A stretch of DNA of 62,547 nucleotides, the filler included, from Sphacelaria rigidula (Eukaryota), in NCBI GenBank assembly GCA_964200075.2. It is 8 parts of 8 records of this genome, joined end to end, with 100 filler letters (N's around TTAATTAATTAA, not from the genome) between each part and the next. Parts side by side here need not be neighbours in the genome. Positions count along the whole stretch, not along the records: positions 1 to 7,732 come from CAXNAA020013639.1; positions 7,833 to 15,564 come from CAXNAA020013640.1; 6 more parts are not named here. One strand, given 5' to 3'. Below the pieces are notes generated by a model. The model saw only the letters and a list, made by a program, of their open reading frames with translations. It did no database searches and had not been told where the DNA came from. Each line of letters opens with the position of its first letter. Positions within the stretch are counted from its first letter, which is position 1. A program made the translations under genes and the position numbers. Shown here in pieces: positions 1 through 11,110 of the stretch.

Positions 1-292
1 GGTACTCCAGAAAAACTCAGAAAAAAGGACGATTACGAATTCTGAAAACTTCTGACGCTGACTACTATATACCATGCTGTCTTGTAGTGCCGATCTCTGG
101 TTCATGTACGATGGCAGTCTGATCATCTCACCAAATTCATTCACGGTTTCCGTTCAACCTGTCAAACCTATAAATAGATCGGACTCCCTTTACACCCCCA
201 GGGTTGTCATCCCTAAAATGAACGCTGCTCAGAAGTAGGTTCATTCTGCTGCTATTTTAGTTTTCTTCACCAGAGAGAAATTCGGCCAAGAT

Positions 293-408
293 CACGTAAT
301 GTTACAAATTGGGGATGGATTTTTTAGTGGGGATGAGGATACGAAGATCTTAAATCCCCGGCTTCTCATCCCCGAAAGAAATCCACACCCAAATTGTAAA
401 ATCACGTG
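293..408. mobile_element. Short palindromic MITE; internally deleted relative of the 35006-35446 element
   Basis: Inverted ends CACGTAATGTTACAAATTGGGGATGGAT ... CAAATTGTAAAATCACGTG closely resemble the ends of the contig-5 element. Confidence 0.65.
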
Positions 409-868
409 TTCAAGAAAGATTTTTATTGGACGAACCGAAGCTTGGGACAAATTTTAGTGTAGACGTTACACCACCACTGAGCCACAAAACCAACACTGAC
501 TGAGTGTCTTGAGTGACGGTTGTACCGTCTTCGCAAAAACCACAGCGGTGATAGTGGATGTTTCCAACGCACGCCACTCTGCGACAACGCAGATGATGTG
601 CGAAATACGAAATGCATCGCAGCAAATGTACTGGTATTTCCCATGCTCTGCTGCTGCGTAACAGCTTGGACCTTCGCTGCTGCTGCGTTTCCCTTTTCCC
701 ACTTTCTTCCCCTTCACGACTACTCCTTATCAGGAGACTTGTAGTTGTAGGTCATTGTACGTGCAATTCTTCTGCATGCTTAGTTTTGGTTGAGAATTGT
801 AAATACTCCACAACATTTACTGGTTTAATGAAAATGCCTTCCTCACCTATCATGTGCACCGCCAGAGT

Positions 869-1140
869 AATGACGCGATAGCCCCCCCCCCCCCCCCCCC
901 CGGCCGCCCCCAGAAAAGTGGCTGATTTGAGGAGTCAATTTACATGTGGATCCAAATGGCAAAATCCGAGCAGGTAGAACAGCTAGGAACTCCCTCGCTG
1001 GAGTTCGTCTTCATCAATCAATGTCGCCCACATGAGGCGTTTCATGAAGGGGTGAAGGCAGCTATCATGCGCGATAAGGACAATTTCCTTTTGACAGGTT
1101 TGGGGCTGATTCGCGGGGGGGCTATCGCTATCGCGGCATT
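869..1140. mobile_element. MITE with AATG(A/C)CG(C/A)GATAGCCCCCCC-type terminal inverted repeats
   Basis: Left end aatgacgcgatagccccccc; right end gggggggctatcgctatcgcggcatt. Similar ends occur at 16370-16623. Confidence 0.55.
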
Positions 1141-2768
1141 CCTCACCACGGCATCATGAGTGCAGCAGTGGAGACCACTGATGAAAACCACGACACACCA
1201 GCACTGCGATTGTTGCCGTGCAATAAGTGCCCCGGAAGCACTTACGGTATAATAGTGCTCAACCTCACGCCGGAAGTTAGAGTTCCCCCCGGATACTCAT
1301 GCGATAGTGACATTCAATCGTGTTGTTTTGCTTTTTTCACGCACACCTGTGCCATGACCCTGATATGTACGATGACTCCGATAGATGGGAAAGCCCGCAG
1401 TCTGACGACATTCGAAACTCAACATGTAAGTGGCTGTACCTGTACCTGTACTTGATACAAAAAAAAAACCTTCAACCCGACGAATTAGAAATGCTCCCAT
1501 GACCCTCCTCAAGAAACTCCGCGAAACAAACTGTAGCGTAATGTATACACCATGTTCAGGCCACCGCTATTCATGCACGGGCAGCACGAATACCGCAGAC
1601 CCATGTGTGAAACGATACCGTAAGAGAAGAATAAACACAACGCCGCAAGCGCCAAAACGAATAGCGAGGACTTGCAGGGGAAAAGTAAAATTCTCGAATC
1701 AACCTCCTGATCCAGAGAATGCAGACACTACGCCCCAAACAGAAAGTATAAACCTATACATACATGCATTATTATGCATTCAAAGTAAAATGCACCACCT
1801 TCCCCCATGGTGACGTACGCATTCTAACGGACAGAACGCGCAATATCTGCACGCCTACCGGGCGTAAATATCCCTACCATCCACGCCGTGTATATACGCA
1901 TGGTTCATCCATGACTGGCCTGCGTCAGTACCGTCATGTTAGTGCAAGGAATCACACAAATACAAGGCAAGACCCAAGACACGACTGCCCTCGACTCTTG
2001 AAGTCATTGGAAAATGACGTAGCACTCAAGCTTATGACGTACATCCACCCAGACGAACAACGACCAACCCAGACAAACGACCACCCACCCAGACAAACAA
2101 CCACCCACCTAGACAAACAAGTATCTCACCGAATCACCAAACCCTCACCGGACCCACGGATCATGACAATTACTGACAAGAGTCGAGGTTTCAGAAGGAT
2201 ACGTAACCATGTATGCGGTGAAAAAAACAAAGGGTCCGCTAAACTCAACGAGTGAAGCGCCTGCCGCCCGCCTCCGAATCCGCCCCATTAGCAAACCACA
2301 CCTAGAACGACCTGTTTACTGTCGGACTTAAGACTTGTGAGCGTAAACAGAGCCACAAGCCGGAGAATCAATGTGCCCCGCTTCAGAGGACGATAAACAA
2401 AATAAGACACGCCGAAATACAATGGGTGACCCCCGTAAAATAACGCTGGCCGCTCTTAGGTCTGGCAAGCCGCGGTCGTTCATTTCTCCAACATAGAATG
2501 CCCTTGCATATGCTTGAATACGTCGGTTTTTTATGACACATTCAGCCCTCGGAGCTTCGCACCGTGCGAAATCTTCTAGCAGCCCACTGCCTCCGGCCCC
2601 GTTCAGTCTATTCATGCACATACCTACAGCGACAAAGTGTCAAACTCCAGCGATTGGATAAACACTGCGGCACACAAACGCACTGGATCGGCTATTCCAC
2701 AACCACGCCAGCAGAAGCTCATGAAAAAAAACGATAAAAAGCAAAGAACAACTTCGCGCAGCAAACCT

Positions 2769-3907
2769 TTACCACATATCGGCGAAAAGATTAGCCTCGT
2801 AAGCCGAGTGTGCCATGGTAGCGTCCCCGCCCGCCTCATCGATAGCTCGCAAGAGCGAATCTTCACGAGTGGGCGGCGCCGCCATGGACGCCATGGTGGC
2901 GCACTCAAGATCCACGAGCTCCTCCCAAAGATCCGTCCCGGCCAGCACTGCCCCGCTCAGACTCGCCGCGGGGCTTGCGGAACGACCCAAGTGCTGCTGA
3001 TCCTGAGTATCCTTAACAAAGTTTCCCGTAAACTCGCCTGTCGAACCACTGGGAGGGTCAGCAATGACTGCAGCGGAACTAAGTGACTTCCTAGGTCCAT
3101 CGCTCATCACCGCTATTGCCTTGGGCACCTCGGGGGCTGCCGCTACCTCAGGCTTCCACATTGGAATCGCGGAAACTACCTCCGCCGTGTTAGTCGTTGC
3201 GGTATTCGTCGTCGATGGCGTGTTGGTGCAGGTGAAGGGATTGCCAGCAGCTCTGACGTCCTGTGTAGTCGTCACCTCGGCGTGTGCAGAGGTAGCCGAG
3301 TTATGGTCTACCCAGGAGGCGAAGCCGTGGATCCCGAGCGCGGTGCTCGGGTGCTGCATGTTTCCGATGTCGTCGCTATCGCTGCGTGCGTGGGTACCGT
3401 CGAATAGCGACCTCCACCCCTCCTGGCGTTTTAGTTGATTAGGTCGTTGCTTGACAACATTTCCGCCCCCCGCAGCTGTGGCGCTCTTTTTTCGGATATC
3501 GATCAACGCGGGAGAGGCTATAGAGGCATCGTCATCAGCTATGAATTTCCGCTTACTGGTGTTGCACATCTCCATGTCGTATTCCAGCCCAGGAACAGGG
3601 GCTTTCTCGTCGAAACTACCGCTTCGAGACGACTCCCAGTTGTCGATCAGCGCGGCGACTTGCCCGCCTTGTCGGTGAGCCCCGGACTCAAAGTCATCGT
3701 AAGGGATCAGACTTGGCGGAGCTACCGCTGACGGCGTTTGGCTAGTACCTGACGGAGCGGGAATGATCGATTTAGCCGAGCTCGACGACAAGGATGATGA
3801 CCATGATGAGGATGCTGCTGTTTTTATTGGGAAGTCTTTCTCAGCGGTAACGGCTGCGAGAGAATTATTGAAGTCCCCGGAAACACTACCGCCACCGCGC
3901 TGTCGTT

Positions 3908-3951
<44 letters not shown>

Positions 3952-6085
3952 TGTTGCTGTTGTTGTTGTTGTTGTTGTTGCTGCTGGTGGTGGTGGTGCA
4001 GCTGTTGTTTTTGTTGTTGTCGTTGCTGCTGCTGCTGCTGCAGCTGCTGCTGTTGTTGTCGTTGCTGCTGCTGTTGCTGCTGCTGCTGTCGCCGCATGCT
4101 GCCGTCATCATTGCTGCTGCTATGACGGCGGGCAGCGGCAGAGAGAGGTGGCGTTTCCGACGGTGCATCCGACGACACTGACCGCGAAATCTTCGACACC
4201 TTCCGCTGCTGCTGCTTCTTTTTCGCGGTAGCAGCAAGGATCGCGGCGTGACTCTTGCGCGGTGGCGGTGAAGAAGACAGCATCGACAAGTGCGCCGAGT
4301 GCAGCAACCGCGGGGCCGGCTCCGGCACCGACAGTGTCTCGAGAATGGTCGACGCACTAGCAGTAGCACTAGCAGTAGCACTAGCAGTAGCAGTAGCACC
4401 AGAAGATGACGATGCAACACCGGTAGGGGCGGAAGAGGAAGACACGGCGAATGGGTCAGACATCGAAAATGAATATGAAGACCCCGGGCTCAGTGAGATC
4501 GTTCGGGGTAAGGTGAGCTGCTGCTGCTGCTGCGTGATGTCGAGGAAGGTCAACGGGGGGGGGGCGGTGATACCCACAGCAGCACAACTCGCGCCGCTGT
4601 TGCCTTCATCTTCCAGAATATGTTCCGCCTTGTCGACGTCGAAATCCGAGTCATCGTCTGCGAGAATTTCTGCAGACAACGTCTTCCTCGGCTTGGGACA
4701 GTTCCGAGAAGACACACTCGGTGTCTCCTGGGTACCCCCCCCACCGCTGCCGGCCGGAAAAGCGGACGACGATGGGTCAGATCGCGGTGACCCCGGCGCA
4801 CGCACATCGCGTGCGGATATCTGTCTCGTCATCATGGCAGCGGCGCCCCCAAACAGGAACCGCCTGTTGCTGTCAGTGGTAAGTTGGGACGCGGTGGAGG
4901 TAGATGGTGCCGACACCTCGACCCCGGGCAACGCGAACGGGATGATTGTTTTTCTATCTGAATCCCGCCCGCCGCGGCCGCCACCCGACAGCGTGCCCTC
5001 ACTGTCGCTTCCAGAGTCGTCGTCGGATTCCTGACCACCGTTGTTGTCGCGGATGTGGGCAGCCGAATCGCCGAGGATTCCGGTTGTGCCCGAGAAGGAG
5101 GCCGGGGGAGAAAGGCTCTTGGGACGAAGGGACTTATCACTCTGACGAAGCGAACGGCCACGACGTCCACTGTCGCCCCCGTGGTCTCCCCCGCCGCTCA
5201 GGAGATACTCCAACGTCATCTCGACCCTCCGGCCTTCACCCTCATCGCCCGAGTTCTGCGCCTGTCGCTGAATCATGATTAAATTTCGGCCATCGTAAGT
5301 GGGCATGGCCGATGACGATGATGAAGCGTCCTCCGGCATTTGTTCTTGTTCTTGGTCCTCATCTTGCTGTTGCTGCTGTCTGAGCAATTCCGCGCGACGT
5401 TGCCGGCGCGCTCTCGCGCGCGAGCGAACCCTGTGAGAATGTCCGGCGGGCCGACCGCGGGGGCCGCTCATGCGGCGCTGCGCATAGGTACAGTTCTTGC
5501 CGCGTTTAAGGCACTGCTCGCAGGGTGAGCCACCACTGCATCCTCGCTTACTCCTGTTCGTTGGTTCGGTTATTGTGTGGACAGCACAAGGGTGGGGATG
5601 GCGGGTGGAAAGGAAGACACCCAAGGGGAGGGGTGACAACACGGTTCAGCCCAGATCTCCTTTAAGTGGACGGTGCCAACTGGCGACCGAAATATTTCGT
5701 TGCCGGGAATATCCCGTCGAGATTCATCCATTTCCCAGGCGTTCTTGGTAGTGCAGGGTGTCCGCCAGTTGAGCATCTCGAGCTTCAAAATAGCATCACT
5801 GGGGGTGATATCCTCCGTGACCCATGCTACCTAGTGGAACACATCCTTCACGAGTTTGAAGCCCTCTTATTGAAAACGCCAGAGTCGAAAGCTGGTGATG
5901 CATGAACAAGCAACGCATCGAAAAATGATAGTCTCTAGTATCTACTCTAGTATCTAGAATATTCAGCTCTTGCATCTTGTGCGTACGTCAAGATTTTTTT
6001 CTTTCTCTCACTTGACACAGTAGTTGCAAGCTGTCCTGAACACTCCGTCAAGAAACGGCCTTGGCCTACCGGTTGGTGTGCTCAT
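2769..6085 (-). CDS. Zn(II)2Cys6 (GAL4-type zinc binuclear cluster) transcription factor, about 952 aa; exons 6085-6012 and 5553-2769
   Basis: Exon 1 reads MSTPTGRPRPFLDGVFRTACNYCV(AA) and ends at a GTGAG donor. Exon 2 starts after a CAG acceptor. Splicing gives C-NY-C-VKSKRG-C-SGGSP-C-EQ-C-LKRGKN-C, an exact CX2CX6CX5CX2CX6C motif, followed by a basic linker and a long S/Q/A-rich tail. The first ~29 aa of the 957-aa track ORF are intronic. Confidence 0.9.
3911..4089 (-). repeat. CAG/CAA trinucleotide tract encoding poly-Q (with H5) inside the zinc-cluster TF
   Basis: Plus strand shows (tgc)n/(tgt)n/(tgg)n runs; they translate as QQQQ...HHHHH...QQQQ in the TF frame. Confidence 0.95.
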
Positions 6086-6522
6086 TCCCCTCCGTCCGTG
6101 CCCGATTGCTGTTGTTGCGCGAGAAGCAACCACAATAGTCACAAAAGAAAACGAAAACAGGGGGTAAGAACGAAGGAACAAAGGGCGGGGAATTGGCCAA
6201 ACAATTCACCGTGGGGAAAAAAAATAAAAAGACGCCCGGTAACGACCGGAAAGCGGGATGGAACGCATGCCACACCACGGAAACACGAAACGCGAAATCT
6301 ACTCAGATCAATGCTGGCCCGTGTATCAATGCTGATCAGTGAGTTGCGTAGTGCCACTACAAAAATGTCTCGTCGAACACAAGACCCCGTGTAATATCCC
6401 GCTCATCTGTCAGGTGCCCTTAGCCCTTTTGCCGCCAGAGTGGGTAATCTTTTGAATCGGCATTGTTTTCACTTGAAAACTGAGCAACGTTCAGATGACC
6501 CATCCCGGCGGTCGAAGGTTAA

Positions 6523-6620
6523 CCCTTATACTGCAAACGTAGACCATCTGGACTATGCATACCTTTTCCGAGTGAAAATGATGTCGATTCAACAGATGAC
6601 CTACTCTTGCGGTCCAAGGG
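6523..6620. mobile_element. 98-bp piggyBac-like MITE with TTAA target-site duplication
   Basis: TTAA|CCCTTATAC...GTCCAAGGG|TTAA. The body (ccatctggactatgcatac...gtgaaaatgatgtcgattcaacagatgacctactc) recurs at ~12192-12291, 52023-52124, 57082-57179 and inverted at 6424-6518. Confidence 0.75.
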
Positions 6621-6994
6621 TTAAACTCAAAAAGCGAAATATTCCCTCATCAAGGGAATATGTGTTTTGTGGGAGCGAAAGAATTTCCGATCGCATCATT
6701 GAATTAAATTGAATCACACATGAATCATGTTCATGTGTAACGATGAACACCGAACAGAAGCGATTGTCATTTAACACGCTGAGGGAGTTGTAGGTAGACA
6801 TAGTAGCAGGCGTGCAGAACGGCGGCCTGAACATCCAACCATCTTTACTGTTCGATTGCAGACAGTACGAGTGTTGAAGGTGGTACACCTGGAACACGCA
6901 CTTTGCGCTGTGAGCAGTCGGAGAGAGGTCGCATCGTTTCCCTACCCGCCCACCCTGTGCTTTCGAAGGGTGTCATCGTGTAGAGATATGACCA

Positions 6995-7510
6995 CTGCCT
7001 CCACCCGGCAAGTTGCCTCATCCACGAGACGAAATATCTGATGCCTCCTCCACGAGAAGAGATGTAATGCCTCATGCGTGAAAAGATATGTCTAATGCCT
7101 CTTTCGCGAGAAATGTAATGCCTTCCGCGTGAAAAGAGATGTCTAATGCCTCTTCCGCGAAAAGGGGTGTAGTGCTTCATGCGTGAAAAGAGATGTCTTA
7201 TGACTCTTTTGCGAGAAGAGATATGTTGCCTCGTCCACGAGAAGAAATATATGCTGCCTCCTCCACGAGAAGAGATGTAATGCCTCATGCGTGCAAAGAA
7301 ATGTCTACAGCCTCTTCATGATTGCATATGCATAATGCCTCATCCACGGGAGAGATGTCTAATGCCTTAATCACAATATACATAATAACTATACATATCG
7401 TGCCTCATTCACCAGAAGAGATATCTGCTGCCTCGTTTGCGAGAAGGATATATATATATATATATTATATTATATATAATGCCTCATCCACGAGAAGACA
7501 TATCTGATGA
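6995..7510. repeat. Degenerate minisatellite, ~20-23-bp units (atgcctc(t/c)tccacgagaagagatgt-like)
   Basis: Many consecutive variants of gcctc...cgagaagagat/cgtgaaaagagat. Confidence 0.8.
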
Positions 7511-7732
7511 TGGGCCCAAAGTCTTGCCACGATTAGAAGTACGGGCAATCGCCAGGATCATTCTGGCGTACTCTTGCTCTCGGCAAGGAGTTTTTTTTTG
7601 GTTTTTTACCCTTTCCATTTCGAAAAAAAAAGGGGGGGGGAGGGGGGGGGACAAGAACAACAGACGTTCTCGTTGTACCGTCTGTATGTGTTCGACCCAT
7701 TATTCATCATGGAATATGTGGAATGCGGGTGG

Positions 7733-7832
7733 NNNNNNNNNNNNNNNNNNNNNNNNNNNNNNNNNNNNNNNNNNNNTTAATTAATTAANNNNNNNNNNNN
7801 NNNNNNNNNNNNNNNNNNNNNNNNNNNNNNNN
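7733..7832. other. Artificial contig spacer N44-TTAATTAATTAA-N44; also at 15565-15664, 23396-23495, 31227-31326, 39058-39157, 46888-46987, 54718-54817
   Basis: Seven identical 100-nt linkers with stop codons in all six frames, separating pieces of 7730-7732 bp. Confidence 0.97.
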
Positions 7833-8669
7833 TGATCGGCATATCGTATTCATCGTCTAATCAAGGGGAAGGTGCCCATTTGCTTAAAATTTCGGGCCCA
7901 TATTTTCTCGTTGATTAAATCCCATGTCTCGTAATTCCTATACCTAAGGGATATGGCGCCTATACTGAAATCTCTATGGAACCCCCGATCGATGCATTTA
8001 GCGGATGGCAACAAATTTCGGTATGGACATTCTCTGGAGCAAGGGGAGACGATAGATACCTTCACCTCCACCTCATTCGTTATCTATCCCGAGATATGGC
8101 GCACATAAGTGCCTGTACTAAAATCAATATATTACGAGAAGAGGCACTAGATGCCCTAAATCTGGATATCGCGTCTCATTTTTTGAGAGTTGTTCCATAA
8201 AATTTCGTGTGGTGAACCGCTAATGCATGATAGAAATAAATGAAAACAGCTGGTTACCTCTACACTTTTTTCTTCATTTATTTTTCATTTTTTTCGTGTT
8301 TTTAGTGGAGTTTTGAGGAGAAATGTACATCGCTGTTAGGCCTGATCTCAATGTTTAAGGTCAAGTTTTAGAAATTTGATCTAAAAGTTAGCGTGCAGGA
8401 CCACAAAAGAGTGCCGGATAGATAAAAATAATGGGCCTTCATTTTTTTTTTTCATAGAGGTTGGGCGTTACCGTGAATAAATGGTCTCTACTATACCAAA
8501 ACGCCCTCAAACAGTGGAAAAATGGCGTACAAACAAACTGGACCACTGAGGTTCGTTAAGTATGCGCTGACGAGGGCCCACACAAAATTTCAATACACAA
8601 CAACCAAACGTGGGCCGGTGAGTGGCCTGCGAAATACTGTTCCGAATTTCTACCGATCTGATTCTTGAA

Positions 8670-8946
8670 AGGCGAATGCGCCGGGCAAGATCCAGAGTTG
8701 GACCCTGAAATTTGGTATGGACAATGCATGGAGCATTATAAAAAATCGGGAAGAAGCACATGAAGGTTTCTTTTTTTTTTCGTGAGATAACGGCAATAAT
8801 CAGTTTTCAGGTTTCAGCAAAACGCCCTTAACTCACGAAAACAAAACAAAAACCTTCATGTGCTTCCCGATATTTTATTATGCCCTGTGCATTATCCATA
8901 CCGAATATCAGGGTCTAATTCCAAATATTGCCCGGCGCATTCGCCT
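8670..8946. mobile_element. Fold-back/MITE-like inverted repeat
   Basis: The arm ggcgaatgcgccgggcaa...aagcacatgaaggttt (8670-8768) is the reverse complement of aaccttcatgtgcttccc...ttgcccggcgcattcgcc (8850-8946). Confidence 0.7.
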
Positions 8947-9640
8947 GCAAACTTTCATGCAGCCTCTAGGCTGGCCCAGCTCGTGCGATATGCGGTTCAC
9001 GGCCCAACTCGTCTGCGTCGATGAGATATTGCTTTTAGAGCTTAAATCTGTTTTTAGGCTGGCCCAGCTCGCATTCCTTTTCGATAGTGTGGAGGCATGA
9101 GTGCCGGAGAATATGTACCTTCTAGCAGTTACAGTCATATTCCGAGGTTTCATTTGTCTGAACCCAAGACCAGTGTTACGCCGGGGAACTTGTTTTTTTC
9201 ATCTTAGTCTTTTATACGCACCGCGAAAAACGATGAAAAACGGTGGATGATGGCAAATGTCCTGATTTCACAAGGATCGTCCGCACCAGCTGTGCATGCA
9301 GCAGCGGCCCAGACAGCATCGCTCAGGCAGAAGAAGCATGCGCGTGGAGGATATGTTGATATATAGTGAGGCAAAATCTCTTGCAGATTGCAATGACGAA
9401 AGTGCTCTATGCCGGAAGTTATAGTAGAAACCGTCCTGCCCAGGGTGAACACCACCCCCCCTGTGAAACCTGACCTCCGGTGTTATGGGAGAGCACTGCG
9501 CTCGCGTAACACCACCGGCAGAGACACAGAGAACGGTTTGAGCATCTGCACAAAGCAGCAGTTCCAGTGTAGAAGGATTTCCTGAAATGCATTCATGTAG
9601 CAGATGAAACGAGTCGATCAAAGTTTGAAAATGTTGAATT

Positions 9641-10886
9641 CCAAGGGTAGGTCGAGTAGGGTATGTCCTTTGGAGTACTCGAGTAAAATACTCAAGTATT
9701 TACTCTACTCGACGTTCGAGTAGGTCGAGTACGGCCTCAAATACTTTACTCGGATTTTGAGTACGTCGAGTACGGCCTAAAATACTCTACTCAAATTTTG
9801 AGTACGTCAAGTACGAACTCAAATACTCTACTCAAATACTGACTAAGCACTCCCAGCAATACTCGAGTATTGAGGATCACTTGAGTATGACCTCAATACT
9901 CTACTAAATTTTTTAGTATGTTGAGTACGGCCTCAAATACTCTACTCAAATTTTTAGTACATTAAGTATGATCTCGAATATTCTACTCAAATTTTGAGTA
10001 CGTCGAGTACGGCCTCAAATACTCTACTCATTTTTTGAGTAGATCGAGTACGACCTCAAATACTCTACTCAAATATTGAGTAAGCACTCTCAGTTATACT
10101 TCAGTATAGAGTACCCCTTGGATATGGTGAGTACCCTTGATCGTCAGCGACTTCGTGACGTCACTTTACAGACTATGTTGAATGCATGGGCGAACGATTG
10201 CCATTGAAAAAAACAAACGTGCAGGTGAATGAACCTACCTGCCCCATCTCACCAGCCCCCGCCCACGGTAATTCATACTCGATACCTCACAACGCCTTCG
10301 ATAATACTTTTAGTACAGAGCGCTACTCATCATTATGGAGTAATCGAATAGACGAGTAGTCGAGTAGGTATCATCAAAACGAGCAACTCTTCTGGCCACA
10401 TATGTGACTCCTCCATGGAGACACAGCGGTGGAAACAGTGCAAGACAGGAAAACGTCGCAACAGTCGCCAGAGGAAGGAAGACGTTGAGGTTATAGGTTT
10501 TGGCACATCGGACCCGGCCTCCGATACTATACTCAAGTTGTGAGGGGGTCGAGTGCGGCCGTACTCAAATTTTGAGTACGAAGAGTACGGCGTCAAATAC
10601 CCCACTCAATTTTTGAGTAGATCGAGTACGACCTCGAATACTCTCCTCAAATTTTGAGTACGTTGAGTATGGTTTCAAGTACTCTACTCAAATTTTGAGT
10701 ACGTTGAGTACGGCCTCCAATACTCTCCTCGATTTTTGAGTAGATCGAGTATGACCTCAAATACTCTACTCAAATTTTGCGTACGTTGAGTACGGCCTCA
10801 AATACTCCACTCAATTTTTGAGTACTAAAAGTACGACTTTTAAAATATACTGAGTATTGAGTATACTCTACTCGACCTATCCTTGG
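9641..10886. mobile_element. Non-autonomous TIR element with internal ~41-bp tandem arrays
   Basis: AATT|CCAAGGGTAGGTCGAGTAG ... CTACTCGACCTATCCTTGG|AATT. Arrays of gagtacgtcgagtacggcctcaaatactctactcaaatttt lie at ~9715-10085 and ~10550-10825. A partial inverted copy is at 28921-29065. Confidence 0.75.
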
Positions 10887-11110
10887 AATTTTGCCCCGCA
10901 CAAGCACATGGGTGCTGCAGAGAGGCCCCTTTCCGTTGTACAAGCTGTTCATCCCAGTACAGTATAGCCCCGCGCAGTGCGATACCATGCACCCCAGCGC
11001 AGCACCGTACATCACAACGCATGCAACGAAATGCAGTGCGGTATGGAGTATTGTACAGTCTGTGTAGTGTTATGTTCAGGTATGATGTGCGTCGGCTGGC
11101 AGAAGGAACA

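Noticed and set aside
3763..4420. Poly-Cys, poly-Leu and poly-Ser/Asn ORFs
   Set aside because: They are alternative-frame or antisense readings of the TF poly-Q repeat.
4255..5034. 259-aa plus-strand ORF
   Set aside because: Antisense shadow of the GC-rich TF exon.
7777..7788. Regularly spaced TTAATTAATTAA palindrome as a biological site
   Set aside because: Always embedded in N-runs; it is an artificial all-frame-stop linker.
9715..10825. CRISPR-like array
   Set aside because: Units are contiguous degenerate tandem repeats with no unique spacers, no cas genes are present, and the context is eukaryotic.
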